Part shown: positions 29,151 through 39,950 of the stretch, one piece after another
Position numbering within the stretch: the first letter of the stretch is position 1
Layout of the letters: every line of letters starts with the position of its first letter
Sequence record: DRR723986_5317
DNA: 64,000 nucleotides
Strand: one strand, 5' to 3'
Position numbers and translations under genes: made by a program
The notes under the pieces: generated by a model
Told to the model about the DNA's origin: nothing
Databases searched by the model: none
The model's input: the letters and a program-made list of their open reading frames with translations, nothing else

Positions 29151-32100
29151 TTAGTATTGTTTAATGGCTTTTTTAACAACAAATTGTCCATTTGATAGTT
29201 TAACTTTTGCTATATAAGTAGCTTTGCTTAACTTATCTAAATTGTATATTTTAGTAGAATTATTTCCTTCTAAGTTATAGATTACTCTACCTAAGACATC
29301 CAGAATCGAAACTTGAGATATCGTTAGGTTATTACCAACTTTTATCTGTACATCTCCACTAGCTAGTTCAATTATTGACACTTCATTTTCTACTATTTCA
29401 TTTTCATTTAAAGATAGAGCATCAGAATTATAAACGACTTCAAATCGATTGTTAAATTCGCCAGCTTCTGAAGTAAAAGCGTAATCTGAATCTTTTAAAT
29501 CATGTAATATACTAAGCAAATTATCCTTTAAATAAATAGCATTAGTATTTAAAAATTCACCTTGGTATTTTAATGCTTTTATAGTGTAAATTGTATTTGA
29601 AGAAATATTGGTAGTAAAGCCTAAATAAATTACTTCGTTAATAGATAACGCTTCAGTAGATTTACCTTGTATAGCTAGCTTAATGTCATCTGCAGCTGGT
29701 ATTATAGAATATATATTAGCAGCATTAGTATAAGAGATATTTCGTCGTGTATCGTAACCTAAGTCGTCAAAACCATCGGTAGCGCCATTTACATATCCAA
29801 TACCTGTTTGGCCATAGGCTCCATTGTCAGAGTTTAAATTAATCCAAAGCTTGTTTGGAATTTCTGTGTTGTAGTTAGAAGTACTTCTGTAAAAATCGTC
29901 ATTAGCATTTGCGCCACTGATACGCATACTATTATTAAACTGAATTGCTGTACCAGCTGTACTACTCACAAAAAATGCTTGACCAGATGCGATGGCTCGT
30001 TGAGGAATATCTGATCCATTAATAACACTATCACCATTTAAATCACTTCCGTTACCTACTTCCATGGTTGCATTAATGAGTAAATAATCATTTTGGTTAA
30101 AATTTAATACTTCATTACCAGGATTTATTGCAAGTGGATCTCTAAAATGAGACCATAAATAGATAGCATCTTTTATATCTGCATTAGCCGCAAAAAGTAA
30201 ATCTGCATTTATGGCTGACGGATAAGGGTTACCGGCTAAATTCCAATGATCCACATTAGCGGCATTAAATGCTAATGTATAAGATTGATCACTCGTATTA
30301 AGTGCTCCTTCAAAGTTGTATTGATAAGATGTTCCAGGTGTGAATCCAATATTACTGTGCGTAGCGGCATAACCTCTACCAACAACCATTGTTCCAGATC
30401 CTGTTGCTAAGGTCCAATCGTCATCTGTATCGTCAATATCGTCATTGTCTAAATCCTCATACATTGTAGCGTCAAAATAGAAGCGCCTATTAGGATTTGC
30501 AAAACCTAAAGCCACATCTACATCCGCAGTTGCCACAGGAGAACTCCAATAGGTGTAATCATACCAATTCTGCAGTGGTGCTGTATTCTTGTTAACTTGA
30601 GAACTTGCTGTGCCAAGTAGTGTAAATGTCCCAGCATTAGCACCAACACCACGTTGTACAAAACTTCCTTGAGTTTGTATTACAACACTACCACCTGTAT
30701 TCACAACAACATCATTTGTTACTTCTACAAAATCGCTATTCTCTACTACCAAGTTAAAATTTGGATTTACAACAAGATTACATGCTGATAAGTTACCTAA
30801 GGTTGTGTTATAGTTAGCGTTTAATATAACATTATCGTCTATCGTAGGCAGAGTATTTAAAACAGTACCATTATTCCAAATCCAATTTGCACCATCCCAT
30901 CTTGCGGTACCAATTTGAAGTTGTGCCGCATTAGATCTCGTACTACAAGATCCATTTTCAGTTACCAAACAATAAAACTGATAATTATCGTAATTAAATA
31001 AACCATCAGTTAATGTTAATATTGCTGTAGTTTCACCAGTTACAGTTGTTAAAGGTAAATTTGTGCCATTAACCAGGGACCAAGTTGCATTAACACCATC
31101 ATTATAATACCATTGGTATGTTAAAGTACCACCAATAGAAGCAGTTCCATTAGAAGTAAAAGTGACTGTATCTACACAACTTCCAATATTATTAGCAGGA
31201 TTTGTTGCGCTTGGGAAGCTAATGGTACTTCCAGTATAGTTAAATGTACCAAGGTCGGCAATGCTTTCTGTTCCACTATAAGTCCAGTCTCCAGGGTTAC
31301 TGGTTGCATTTGGACCAGAAGTGTTAGTGTCTCTTAATACTGTATAGCCTGAACCTGTATTAGGGTTTTCATAAACATCTATTAGTGTTGTTCCATTATA
31401 CAAATGAAAAACATCACTACCATTGAAGCCACCACAACCAGGGTTTAGTGGATTCGTATTAGAACAATCTATATCAAACGTAAAATCTGGGGTAGCATCG
31501 TCAGCTGGTTCAGAAGGGGAAAATACTTTACCATATAATACTTGATTGTTATTTATTGTTGGTGTTGTTACTGGAAAAGTGTATAACGTATAATTGTCTG
31601 GTACAGCAATAACATCTGCAGGTGAACCAAATCTCCTTATAGAATAACCACTTAAATTTACGGCCGCACCTGTACCATTATAGATTTCAATATAACTTAG
31701 ACTTCCAGATGATTTGTCGTAAAATTCAGTAATTATTAAATCAGATAAATTACTTGTTACACATCCACCATTGGTATTTATAACAGTAAAACTTCCTGCT
31801 GAGGTAATTGGGCAACCTGCTTCAGTAATAGTTATATTTCCTGTTGTTGTGCCTGCATCCACTTCTGCCAATAAAGTATCTATTGTACCATCACCATCTG
31901 AATCTAAATAGGTAATATTTGATGCAGGTGTACCATTAAAATCTACACTTGTTGTGTTAGAAAAATCATCTCCTGTAATGGTCACTACTGTGCCTATAGG
32001 ACCTTCTGTTGGTGCAAAACTACTTAAAGTATGCGTGGGTGAACAGGGTGGAGCAGCATCGACAATTAGTACCTGTGAGTTGTTATTCCAAAAACCACCA

Positions 32101-33026
32101 GACATTACATCACCTCCATAAGTAAATCCACAACCATTTAGTCTATGTCGTGAGGCATAATAATAGGTGCCAGGAGCTAAACCAGTGCCAATGTCGGCTG
32201 TATGTTCGTCAGTATTGCCTGCACCTCCACTGTATGTTGCTAGAATCCAGGTCCAACCAGCACTAGTACTTGGGTCGTTATTGGTACTACTATAGCCAAT
32301 CCAAGCTTCTAAACCAGGAGCTCCTCCAGGTACACCGGTTACACCAGGTTCTGTTGCTAAAGTGGTTACCGGAAAAGGATCTCCTTGAGTTATAGTTACT
32401 GGAGAGGTTGTAGGTGATACTAACCTTTCAAAATCTACAGCGTCTGTGCAAGTTGAGTTGACTGAACCATTCACGGTAATATCGTTTCCTGTCCCTTCAA
32501 ATCCACCAGTCCCTCCTTCTGCTTCTGCCCAACCATAAACTCTGTAAGTTACTGCAGTAGCATTATTGGTTTGGTTAACTGTAAAAGTAAATGCCTGTAC
32601 AGAAGTGTTGTCTAATATAACTTTCTCTGTATCTATATTTGTTGCATAACCGTCTAAGGAGCTTCTTAGTGCAATTCCTCTTGGACCAGTACCAGATCGT
32701 TGAAAGTTAACGTCTATACTTGTTACATCAAACTCATAAGTTGCATTAGGGGTAATGGTAAATTCCATGTAATCATTACCAGTTACAGCATTTGCAATAT
32801 TAGTTGCTGCCCAACCAGTTGCATTAAATCTATTACCATTTAATCCAGGATTTAATCCAGCACCTCTACTTATGGTTGAAGCATTTAAGTTAGCATCATT
32901 AAAATTAGAATTTGCCGTTGCTTCATTACCAGCTAAACCATTAAAATCAAATGTGAGGATTTGAGCATTACTCATGCTAAAAAAGCATAACAATACTATA
33001 AGAGGGATATAGTAATTCTTTTTCAT
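29151..33026 (-). CDS. Large multidomain T9SS cargo protein (IPT/TIG, lamin-tail-like, Ig-like domains)
   Basis: Signal peptide; SFAPTEGPIGTVVTITG (IPT); LIITE...YIEIYNGTG (LTD); WSSPV, GNPYPS; C-terminal sorting domain. Confidence 0.85.
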   Translation of the reverse strand: MKKNYYIPLIVLLCFFSMSNAQILTFDFNGLAGNEATANSNFNDANLNASTISRGAGLNPGLNGNRFNATGWAATNIANAVTGNDYMEFTITPNATYEFDVTSIDVNFQRSGTGPRGIALRSSLDGYATNIDTEKVILDNTSVQAFTFTVNQTNNATAVTYRVYGWAEAEGGTGGFEGTGNDITVNGSVNSTCTDAVDFERLVSPTTSPVTITQGDPFPVTTLATEPGVTGVPGGAPGLEAWIGYSSTNNDPSTSAGWTWILATYSGGAGNTDEHTADIGTGLAPGTYYYASRHRLNGCGFTYGGDVMSGGFWNNNSQVLIVDAAPPCSPTHTLSSFAPTEGPIGTVVTITGDDFSNTTSVDFNGTPASNITYLDSDGDGTIDTLLAEVDAGTTTGNITITEAGCPITSAGSFTVINTNGGCVTSNLSDLIITEFYDKSSGSLSYIEIYNGTGAAVNLSGYSIRRFGSPADVIAVPDNYTLYTFPVTTPTINNNQVLYGKVFSPSEPADDATPDFTFDIDCSNTNPLNPGCGGFNGSDVFHLYNGTTLIDVYENPNTGSGYTVLRDTNTSGPNATSNPGDWTYSGTESIADLGTFNYTGSTISFPSATNPANNIGSCVDTVTFTSNGTASIGGTLTYQWYYNDGVNATWSLVNGTNLPLTTVTGETTAILTLTDGLFNYDNYQFYCLVTENGSCSTRSNAAQLQIGTARWDGANWIWNNGTVLNTLPTIDDNVILNANYNTTLGNLSACNLVVNPNFNLVVENSDFVEVTNDVVVNTGGSVVIQTQGSFVQRGVGANAGTFTLLGTASSQVNKNTAPLQNWYDYTYWSSPVATADVDVALGFANPNRRFYFDATMYEDLDNDDIDDTDDDWTLATGSGTMVVGRGYAATHSNIGFTPGTSYQYNFEGALNTSDQSYTLAFNAANVDHWNLAGNPYPSAINADLLFAANADIKDAIYLWSHFRDPLAINPGNEVLNFNQNDYLLINATMEVGNGSDLNGDSVINGSDIPQRAIASGQAFFVSSTAGTAIQFNNSMRISGANANDDFYRSTSNYNTEIPNKLWINLNSDNGAYGQTGIGYVNGATDGFDDLGYDTRRNISYTNAANIYSIIPAADDIKLAIQGKSTEALSINEVIYLGFTTNISSNTIYTIKALKYQGEFLNTNAIYLKDNLLSILHDLKDSDYAFTSEAGEFNNRFEVVYNSDALSLNENEIVENEVSIIELASGDVQIKVGNNLTISQVSILDVLGRVIYNLEGNNSTKIYNLDKLSKATYIAKVKLSNGQFVVKKAIKQY

Positions 33027-33134
33027 AGCTGTTTTTGCTTAACCATTAACCAGTGACAAAGATACATTAAAAACGTTCTAAATCAGCGCTTTAAAAGATA
33101 CGTATTTATTAACAAAATGTTATATTTTCGCCAA

Positions 33135-33611
33135 ATGAACCCACAAAAAACCTATAGTGTCGATGAAGCGCAAAAAAAGTTAGAAGCGTACTGTGCTTAT
33201 CAAGAACGTTGCCATAAGGAAGTACGAAATAAGCTTAAAGAAATGAAAATGATTCCTCAGGCAATTGATAAAATTATGGTTCACCTTATTGAGCAGAATT
33301 ATTTAAATGAAGAACGGTTTGCTAAAGCTTTTGTAAGAGGAAAATTTAGAATAAAAAAATGGGGTAAAAACAGGCTAGTGAGGGAATTAAAATTTAGAGA
33401 TATTTCAAAGTATAGTATAGAAATGGCATTAAAAGAAATCTCAGAAGATGACTATTTTACTACACTTAATGAATTAGTCTTAAAAAGAATTCAGCAGGTT
33501 AAAGAAAAGAACTACTATAAAAAGAAGAAGAAAGTTGCCGATTATCTCTTGTATCGTGGATGGGAGTCTAATCTAATTCATGAAAAACTAAACGAACATT
33601 TAAAAAAGTAA
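33135..33611 (+). CDS. recX: Regulatory protein RecX (start likely MNPQK)
   Basis: YCAYQERC..EV, YLNEERFA, WG..R, YLLYRGW. Confidence 0.92.
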   Translation: MNPQKTYSVDEAQKKLEAYCAYQERCHKEVRNKLKEMKMIPQAIDKIMVHLIEQNYLNEERFAKAFVRGKFRIKKWGKNRLVRELKFRDISKYSIEMALKEISEDDYFTTLNELVLKRIQQVKEKNYYKKKKKVADYLLYRGWESNLIHEKLNEHLKK

Positions 33612-33614
33612 AAT

Positions 33615-33647
33615 AAAAAAGCCCTTCATTTTATTGAAGAGCTTTTT
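33615..33647. terminator. Bidirectional terminator
   Basis: AAAAAGCCCTTCA...TGAAGAGCTTTTT. Confidence 0.75.
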
Positions 33648-33664
33648 AAATATGTGTTTCTAAA

Positions 33665-34156
33665 CTACAGGTTAAATGTTGCGCCTATGTTTAATGCAAA
33701 TTGATTGTTGAGGTAATACCCAATCTCAGTTTTGTCGTCACTGTATTTTGCTAAAGGAAATGTTGCTTCCAAAAATATTCCAAAACCATCAGAAAAGAAA
33801 TAACGTGCTCCTGTATGACCACCAAAATTCTTTAAACTTAAACTTAAACCTGGATAGAAATCAAAATTTTCATCAATATTTAAGACATTACCTAGGTTAG
33901 CATTAAATCTTGCTTTTAAATCAAAACGATCTCCAAAATCAGCGTCTATTCTATCATCAATTCCTAAAGCATAACCAGAGGATATACCCACGGAAATATT
34001 ATCTCCTAAACCATAATCAAAACTTACATTAATACCTGTTGCTTCATCTTGAATGTTAGCACCAACCTGAAATTTTTGATTTCCTTTACCCTCAAATGCC
34101 TGAGCATTAACAAAGGATACTGAGACTAATGCGATAATAAAAAGTAATTTTTTCAT
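33665..34156 (-). CDS. Small outer-membrane beta-barrel protein (DUF6646-like)
   Basis: Signal peptide, amphipathic strands, terminal ATFNL. Confidence 0.75.
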   Translation of the reverse strand: MKKLLFIIALVSVSFVNAQAFEGKGNQKFQVGANIQDEATGINVSFDYGLGDNISVGISSGYALGIDDRIDADFGDRFDLKARFNANLGNVLNIDENFDFYPGLSLSLKNFGGHTGARYFFSDGFGIFLEATFPLAKYSDDKTEIGYYLNNQFALNIGATFNL

Positions 34157-34220
34157 AATTTTTCTTTTCTAAAAATTGAAGTGGCAAATATATACTGAGT
34201 TTTTAAAACAGTTATAATTT

Positions 34221-35081
34221 TTAGAGACTCTTATTGGTGTTGATTATCGCTTTTTCATTTTTCCAATCAATCCATTTTTGCCCTTTAACACGTCTCATAA
34301 GATTGTCGTAATTACGCATTAGAAAAACATTATATAAAGCTTTGCTGAGATTTTTTGGATTTCTCGCAATGGCTCTTAAGCTCATTGAAAACCCAGGAGT
34401 TAAATATCGCATATAATGCCAATAACCTTCGGGCATATAAAGTATTTCACCATGATTTAAGTCGCAAATCCATCCCTTAGCATGTTTTAAAGCAGGCCAC
34501 TTTTCAAAATCTGGATTAGCAAAGTCAATATCCTCTCGTGTTATTAATGAATGAGGTACTTTGTACAAATATTTGTTTTGGTTTTGATCAAAAAGGATGC
34601 ATTGTTTTTTACCTTCAAAATGAAAGTGAAAAATATTTGCTAAATCTATATCGTAGTGCATAAAGGTATACGAATCTCTTCCTCCAAAAAAGAGCATTGG
34701 TAACCCTTTCATAAGCCTTAATCCAAAATCTGGAAAGGTAAAATCCTTTTGTAATTGAGGTACTTCTTTTAAGATATTCCAAAGAAAGATTCTATATTTT
34801 GTAGGTTCACGTTTTAGTAAATCTATATAGTCACTCATCTTCATCGTGGCGTGAGCCTCATTAAAACCTTCTTTATAATCTACAGGTCTATCATCGTAAA
34901 GCGGTACTGTTTTATCACCTGCCACAGATTTAATATATTCTAAATTCCATTTTGAATAGGCGGGCCAATCCTCTATAAAACGTTCTATTACTACAGGTTT
35001 CTGTGGCTTAAAGTAATGTTTTATAAAATCATTTTTCGTGATGGCCTCAACACGAGGAATCTTTTGTAGGTTCAAATCCAA
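34221..35081 (-). CDS. JmjC/cupin-8 2-oxoglutarate Fe(II) oxygenase
   Basis: H-Y-D...WH facial triad, GEILYMPEGYWH. Confidence 0.9.
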   Translation of the reverse strand: MDLNLQKIPRVEAITKNDFIKHYFKPQKPVVIERFIEDWPAYSKWNLEYIKSVAGDKTVPLYDDRPVDYKEGFNEAHATMKMSDYIDLLKREPTKYRIFLWNILKEVPQLQKDFTFPDFGLRLMKGLPMLFFGGRDSYTFMHYDIDLANIFHFHFEGKKQCILFDQNQNKYLYKVPHSLITREDIDFANPDFEKWPALKHAKGWICDLNHGEILYMPEGYWHYMRYLTPGFSMSLRAIARNPKNLSKALYNVFLMRNYDNLMRRVKGQKWIDWKNEKAIINTNKSL

Positions 35082-35165
35082 TATCCAAATGTTTAGTATT
35101 CCAAAGTTAATAAAACGATACTAAAATTTAATTATTGCAGTAGTGAAGTTGCCTCAGTTTTAATA

Positions 35166-35639
35166 TTAAAGCCATTTTGATTCGCGCTCAGTAGCATCTA
35201 AAATATCAATTTTTAAAATTGACGCTATTTCCTTGGCTTTTTTAAAAGCATCGTTAATATCATAGGTATTATAAGCTTCTATTTTTTTATTTCTCTCGTA
35301 GAATAAGTTGAGTTTAATTATTTCGTTTGTAACGTTTGCTTCAGCAGTTCTTTGCCTAAGTGTAGTTGTTTCGTTAGTTCTAAAAACTGATAAGTATTCA
35401 ATGTCTGGGATGGGTTTCCATTTGCCAAAAGAAATACCTAGTACTGATTTAATCTCACGATACTTTTGATTTTTAAAATCAAACTCAGAACCCTCAACAA
35501 GCAATAGAAAAACGCCAACACCAATAGAAATAAACCCTTGATAGCTTGAAAGCAAGGAAATTATTCCAACGACTAAGGCAATGCAGCCTAAAATTAATTT
35601 CCAAACAGGAAGTTTTCTCTTGAAAATAAATTTATTCAT
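35166..35639 (-). CDS. Hypothetical membrane protein
   Basis: Two N-terminal TM helices plus soluble domain. Confidence 0.7.
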   Translation of the reverse strand: MNKFIFKRKLPVWKLILGCIALVVGIISLLSSYQGFISIGVGVFLLLVEGSEFDFKNQKYREIKSVLGISFGKWKPIPDIEYLSVFRTNETTTLRQRTAEANVTNEIIKLNLFYERNKKIEAYNTYDINDAFKKAKEIASILKIDILDATERESKWL

Positions 35640-35655
35640 AAAAATTCAAGGATAT

Positions 35656-35686
35656 AAAAAGCCCACTTTCTTAAAAAGTGGACTTT
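35656..35686 (-). terminator. Terminator after flotillin gene
   Basis: AAAGCCCACTTT...AAAGTGGACTTT hairpin with A-run. Confidence 0.7.
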
Positions 35687-35695
35687 AATTAATTA

Positions 35696-37119
35696 TCAGT
35701 CTTCAGACTTATCAATTTCAGCGTCTTCTGCGTCAATTTCTTTTTTGTCTTTACCTTTTAAATACTCTGGTAAATCCATACCAGCCATATTAAACATTTC
35801 TTGTAAAGGTGGCACTGACTTATACATACCAGAGATAAAGTTAGAGGTTGATGATTTACCATCTTTTCCACCACCATTTTCCCAAACAGTAACTTTATCA
35901 ATCTTAATATTCTTAATAGCCTCAGCTTGTGTTTTAACTAATTCAGGTAATTTATCTGCAATTAATAATAGCACGGCATCTTTAGAATTGTTACCAGCAG
36001 CTTTTACAATTTCATCTAAACCTGCTGCCTGCTTAGTTAATACTTCATATAATCCTTTTGCTTCAGCCTGTGCTTTAAATAATATGGCATCCGCTTCACC
36101 TTTTGCGCGTCTTCTAATACGCTCAGCTTCTGCTTCAGCATCAATTTCTACCTTACGCTTATCTATTTCAGCAGGTACAATAACATCAGCCATTTGAGAT
36201 GAACGTTCGCGTTCTGCTCTTGCAGCTTCAGCCTGTTGTTCTGCGGCATAAGACTCTTCTAATGCTTTAGCCGCTTGTACTTTTTCTGCGGCAATTGCTA
36301 CACGCTCGGCTTCAGCTTCACGCTGACGACGTAAAGAATCTGAATTTGCAACTGATATTTTTGCAGAGTTTTCACCTTCTACTGCTTGTGCATTAGCAGC
36401 AGCAACTTGTGTTCTTTCATCTTGTACGGCATTTGCTTCACCTATTGATCCATCTCTGGTTTTTTCGGCAACTGATTTACGAGCTGCATTTATAGCATGT
36501 GCAGCAGCCTCTTTACCAAGTGCTTCTATATATCCAGACTCATCAACAATATCTGTAATGTTTACATTGATTAGTTTCAGACCACTTTTTTTAATTCGGT
36601 TTCAACTGACTGTGAAATATTGGTTAAGAATTTATCTCTATCATTATTAATTTCTTCAATATCCATAGACGCTACGACTAAACGTAATTGCCCAAAAATG
36701 ATTTCCTTGGCAAGTTCTTGTATGTCTTGTAATCCTAACCCAAGTAATCGTTCAGCAGCATTTTGCATAACACCTGGTTCAGTAGAAACTCCAATGGTAA
36801 AACGCGATGGTACATTAACCCTTATGTTTTGTTTAGATAAAGCATTAACTAAGTTAACTTCGATAGAAATTGGTGTTAGATCTAAGAATTCATAATCTTG
36901 AATTACTGGCATTATAAATGCAGCTCCACCATGTATACATTTGGCAGATTGTCCTCCGCCAACTTTACCATATACAACTAATATTCGGTCAGAAGGACAG
37001 CGTTTGTATCGTTTTATTAATATTATTATGGTGAGTATAATAAACAGTGCTACAAAAATTAGTAGCATAGGTCCGCCAAAGCCTTCCATGTTTATACTTT
37101 CTTGAATAAGTAGTTTCAT
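35696..37119 (-). pseudogene. Flotillin/SPFH family gene split by a -1 frameshift near 36584-36592 (about 474 aa if restored)
   Basis: Frame 0 ends ...TELKKVV* (TGA 36579-36577); the -1 frame continues GLKLINVNITDIVDESGYIEALGK...AEAE repeats, open into 36193..35696. Confidence 0.88.
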
Positions 37120-37151
37120 AGGACAATTATTTTTTAAGGTTAATATTACTT

Positions 37152-37796
37152 TTATTCGTTACTTAATAGGTGATTACCACCAGCTTCTAGTTCTTTGTTA
37201 TTTGACTTTAATGGTTCAATAGGTTTGCGTGTATGATCAACTATTAAAATTCCATTAGAAGTTACATCTACAACTTTAATTATTGTGCCAGATTTAAGAT
37301 CCGTTAATGAATCGGTTAAAGCGTCTAATTCTCTCACAGTTCCTTGTACGTTTACAGATACTTTACCCATACTAGAGCGGTCTGCACCTATAGTAAGGTA
37401 TACTTCACCAACAGCATCCAATGCATTTTTATATTTTAATGTGCCACTATCCGATAGTTTGCTAATAAAATAAAAAAGTGTTGCCATTATCAGCATCATT
37501 AGTAATCCACTAACAACTGAAATTATAATTGTAAGTGGTTTTGATAAGCCAGCATCTATGCATGCGATTCCGCTCCACCCAAAGATGGTAAAAAAGCCTA
37601 CTAAATTTTTAAAGCTTATAAATTGAAAACCAGCACCAACATCACCATCAAAATCTGAATCTACATCACCTAAATCATCCGCATCTCCACCTGCAAAGGC
37701 CATTATCATAACTACTGCAAATATTAATGAACCTATGATGGCTACTGCCCAATATATCTTAGCCAAAAAATCTAAGTTTGAAAACCAATCTGCCAT
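37152..37796 (-). CDS. NfeD-like membrane protein (flotillin partner)
   Basis: TM helices, Asp/Gly-rich loop, GEVYLTI...GKV.V.VQG OB-fold; upstream of flotillin. Confidence 0.85.
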   Translation of the reverse strand: MADWFSNLDFLAKIYWAVAIIGSLIFAVVMIMAFAGGDADDLGDVDSDFDGDVGAGFQFISFKNLVGFFTIFGWSGIACIDAGLSKPLTIIISVVSGLLMMLIMATLFYFISKLSDSGTLKYKNALDAVGEVYLTIGADRSSMGKVSVNVQGTVRELDALTDSLTDLKSGTIIKVVDVTSNGILIVDHTRKPIEPLKSNNKELEAGGNHLLSNE

Positions 37797-38094
37797 AACT
37801 TTTAATTTTTAAAATGCGTTAATAAAGACACAATCATTGTAAGAATATTCCATCTTAATTTTGAAAGTAAATTAGACATAAAGTCACCACCAAATAAGAC
37901 GTTATAAGTCTTGGTCTTTTGAAATCTTTTTTTGGACAAGAAAATATCCAAATTAGGAATGTCAATTGTTATATGATGGTTAGTGTAGGTAAGGCCATTA
38001 CTGTAATGCTCAAAAAGTATTGAGTACTGACCTACTTTCTATATATCAGTAGTAACTGAAAGAATTTTGTTACAAATTATTTAAAAAACATTTT

Positions 38095-39921
38095 CTATCT
38101 AAAGTTATGTCGTAGACCAAATAATACATTGCTAGGAGGCATTGGAGTAAAACCAGTCTCTATATAATCTGCATTAAAGATATTACTCGCGGTAATAGTT
38201 AACTCCATTTGTTTTAATCTCCAAACCAATGAAGCATCCCAAACATTATAAGTTTGCCCTGTTGTGCGCTCTGCATATTTGTATACTATGTTTTGGCTTA
38301 TGTTTTTAAATAATCGTGTACTTAAACGTGTAGTGTATTGATGCTTTAACGTATTTAATGAGTAGCGCGATAATTCTTCATTTTGTTCTAAAATATTATC
38401 ATCTAAATATGCATAGCCAAAAGCTAATGTTTGTGTAAAATTGCTTAAAGTGAAATTGTATGAGGCATCAAACTCTAATCCTTTTGTATTAACCTCAGTT
38501 ATGTTAGTAGCTGTAAATATTTCCTCAGTTGTATTTGGTCTAATATAATCAATTAGGTTTTCGGCATCTCTATTAAAAACAGCTAGAGATGCTCTAAATT
38601 TTTGAGAAATATACTTAATACCTAATTCTTGTGCGAATGCTTCTTCTGGCTCTAAGTCTGCATTACCATTTGTTCTAGGATCGCTATAGTACAAATCAGT
38701 ATAGGTAGGAATTCTATATGTATAACCTATATTACCATAAGCTCTAAGATTATCTGTAATGGCATAACCAATATCTAATCCTGGAAAGGCATGAAATTTA
38801 AAATCTGAAAAATAAGTTAAGGCCACGCCTGGTGTTATATCTAATCGGTCTTGTGCTAGTTTAAAACGGTGTTCCAAAAACACATTAGTCATAAATCTAT
38901 TTTTATTTCCTAAATTATTACTTCTTAAATAGATTTTAGACATGTCTATACCAAAACCTGTTATACCAAGTTTAGAAACATAAGATGCATTTGCTTCTGC
39001 ACCAATTTTATCTGATATGTGAAAATTTCTAAAGAAATCTGGCTCGTTACGTCTCAGTAAAAACATATCCTGATTTCTTTTCCAATAGATACGTGGTTGT
39101 ATCTTAAGTTTGTTTTTTCTTAATGTTGTTGTGAATGCAATTAAGCTATTTTGTGTCTCTTCATACTCATTAAAAGAAGGGTTAGTGGTATAGAAATTCT
39201 CAGCACCAAATTTGCGATCAAAAAAGGTAGCAATCATTTCTATGGGTTGCTTTTGCTTATTAAATACACTTTTTAGAAAATAATTAGAGTTGTCGTAATC
39301 TGAATTGACTCTGTAACCTTCCGAAGTAACTTTACCAGCATGTACAATATGAGACGAGTTATCTAGTTCGGCACCAATTGTTACAGATCCATTTAACTGA
39401 CCAAACGAACCAGTTTCTAGATTGGTAGAAATGGTATTATCTAAAGATTTTTTAGTCACAATATTAATTGCACCTGTAAAAGCATTCTGACCAAATATTC
39501 TTGCTGCAGGACCTTTAATAATTTCAATGCGTTCTATAACCTCAATAGGGAGAGCAGCATTCATTGTATGATGACCCGTTTGCGCATCATCCATTTTTAT
39601 TCCATCAATAAGTAATAGGGTTTGATCAAATCCTCCTCCTCGTATATATAAATCTGCCTGACTACCTCCTGTACCACGTCTTCTAATATCTACTCCAGCA
39701 ACTTGTTGTAATAGGTCTGCAACATTTACTGCGGCACTATTTTTAATGTCAGAAGCTGTAATAATATTTAAAGTTCTAGAATTTTTTTTGAAAGGAATAT
39801 CAATTCTTGCTGATGTAAGCGTAATTGAATCTAAGTTTTGCTGTGGAATATTTTGAGCAATACCAGTATAAATTCCTAATAGTGAGAACACTATTAAAAA
39901 CAGCCTTTTTGTTGGGTTCAT
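38095..39921 (-). CDS. TonB-dependent receptor (BtuB/CirA-like)
   Basis: Plug LL.QVAGV..RRRG, IERIEIIKGP, GAINIVTK. Confidence 0.92.
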   Translation of the reverse strand: MNPTKRLFLIVFSLLGIYTGIAQNIPQQNLDSITLTSARIDIPFKKNSRTLNIITASDIKNSAAVNVADLLQQVAGVDIRRRGTGGSQADLYIRGGGFDQTLLLIDGIKMDDAQTGHHTMNAALPIEVIERIEIIKGPAARIFGQNAFTGAINIVTKKSLDNTISTNLETGSFGQLNGSVTIGAELDNSSHIVHAGKVTSEGYRVNSDYDNSNYFLKSVFNKQKQPIEMIATFFDRKFGAENFYTTNPSFNEYEETQNSLIAFTTTLRKNKLKIQPRIYWKRNQDMFLLRRNEPDFFRNFHISDKIGAEANASYVSKLGITGFGIDMSKIYLRSNNLGNKNRFMTNVFLEHRFKLAQDRLDITPGVALTYFSDFKFHAFPGLDIGYAITDNLRAYGNIGYTYRIPTYTDLYYSDPRTNGNADLEPEEAFAQELGIKYISQKFRASLAVFNRDAENLIDYIRPNTTEEIFTATNITEVNTKGLEFDASYNFTLSNFTQTLAFGYAYLDDNILEQNEELSRYSLNTLKHQYTTRLSTRLFKNISQNIVYKYAERTTGQTYNVWDASLVWRLKQMELTITASNIFNADYIETGFTPMPPSNVLFGLRHNFR

Positions 39922-39950
39922 TAGTTAGTTAATTTTGGCGCAAGATAGAA

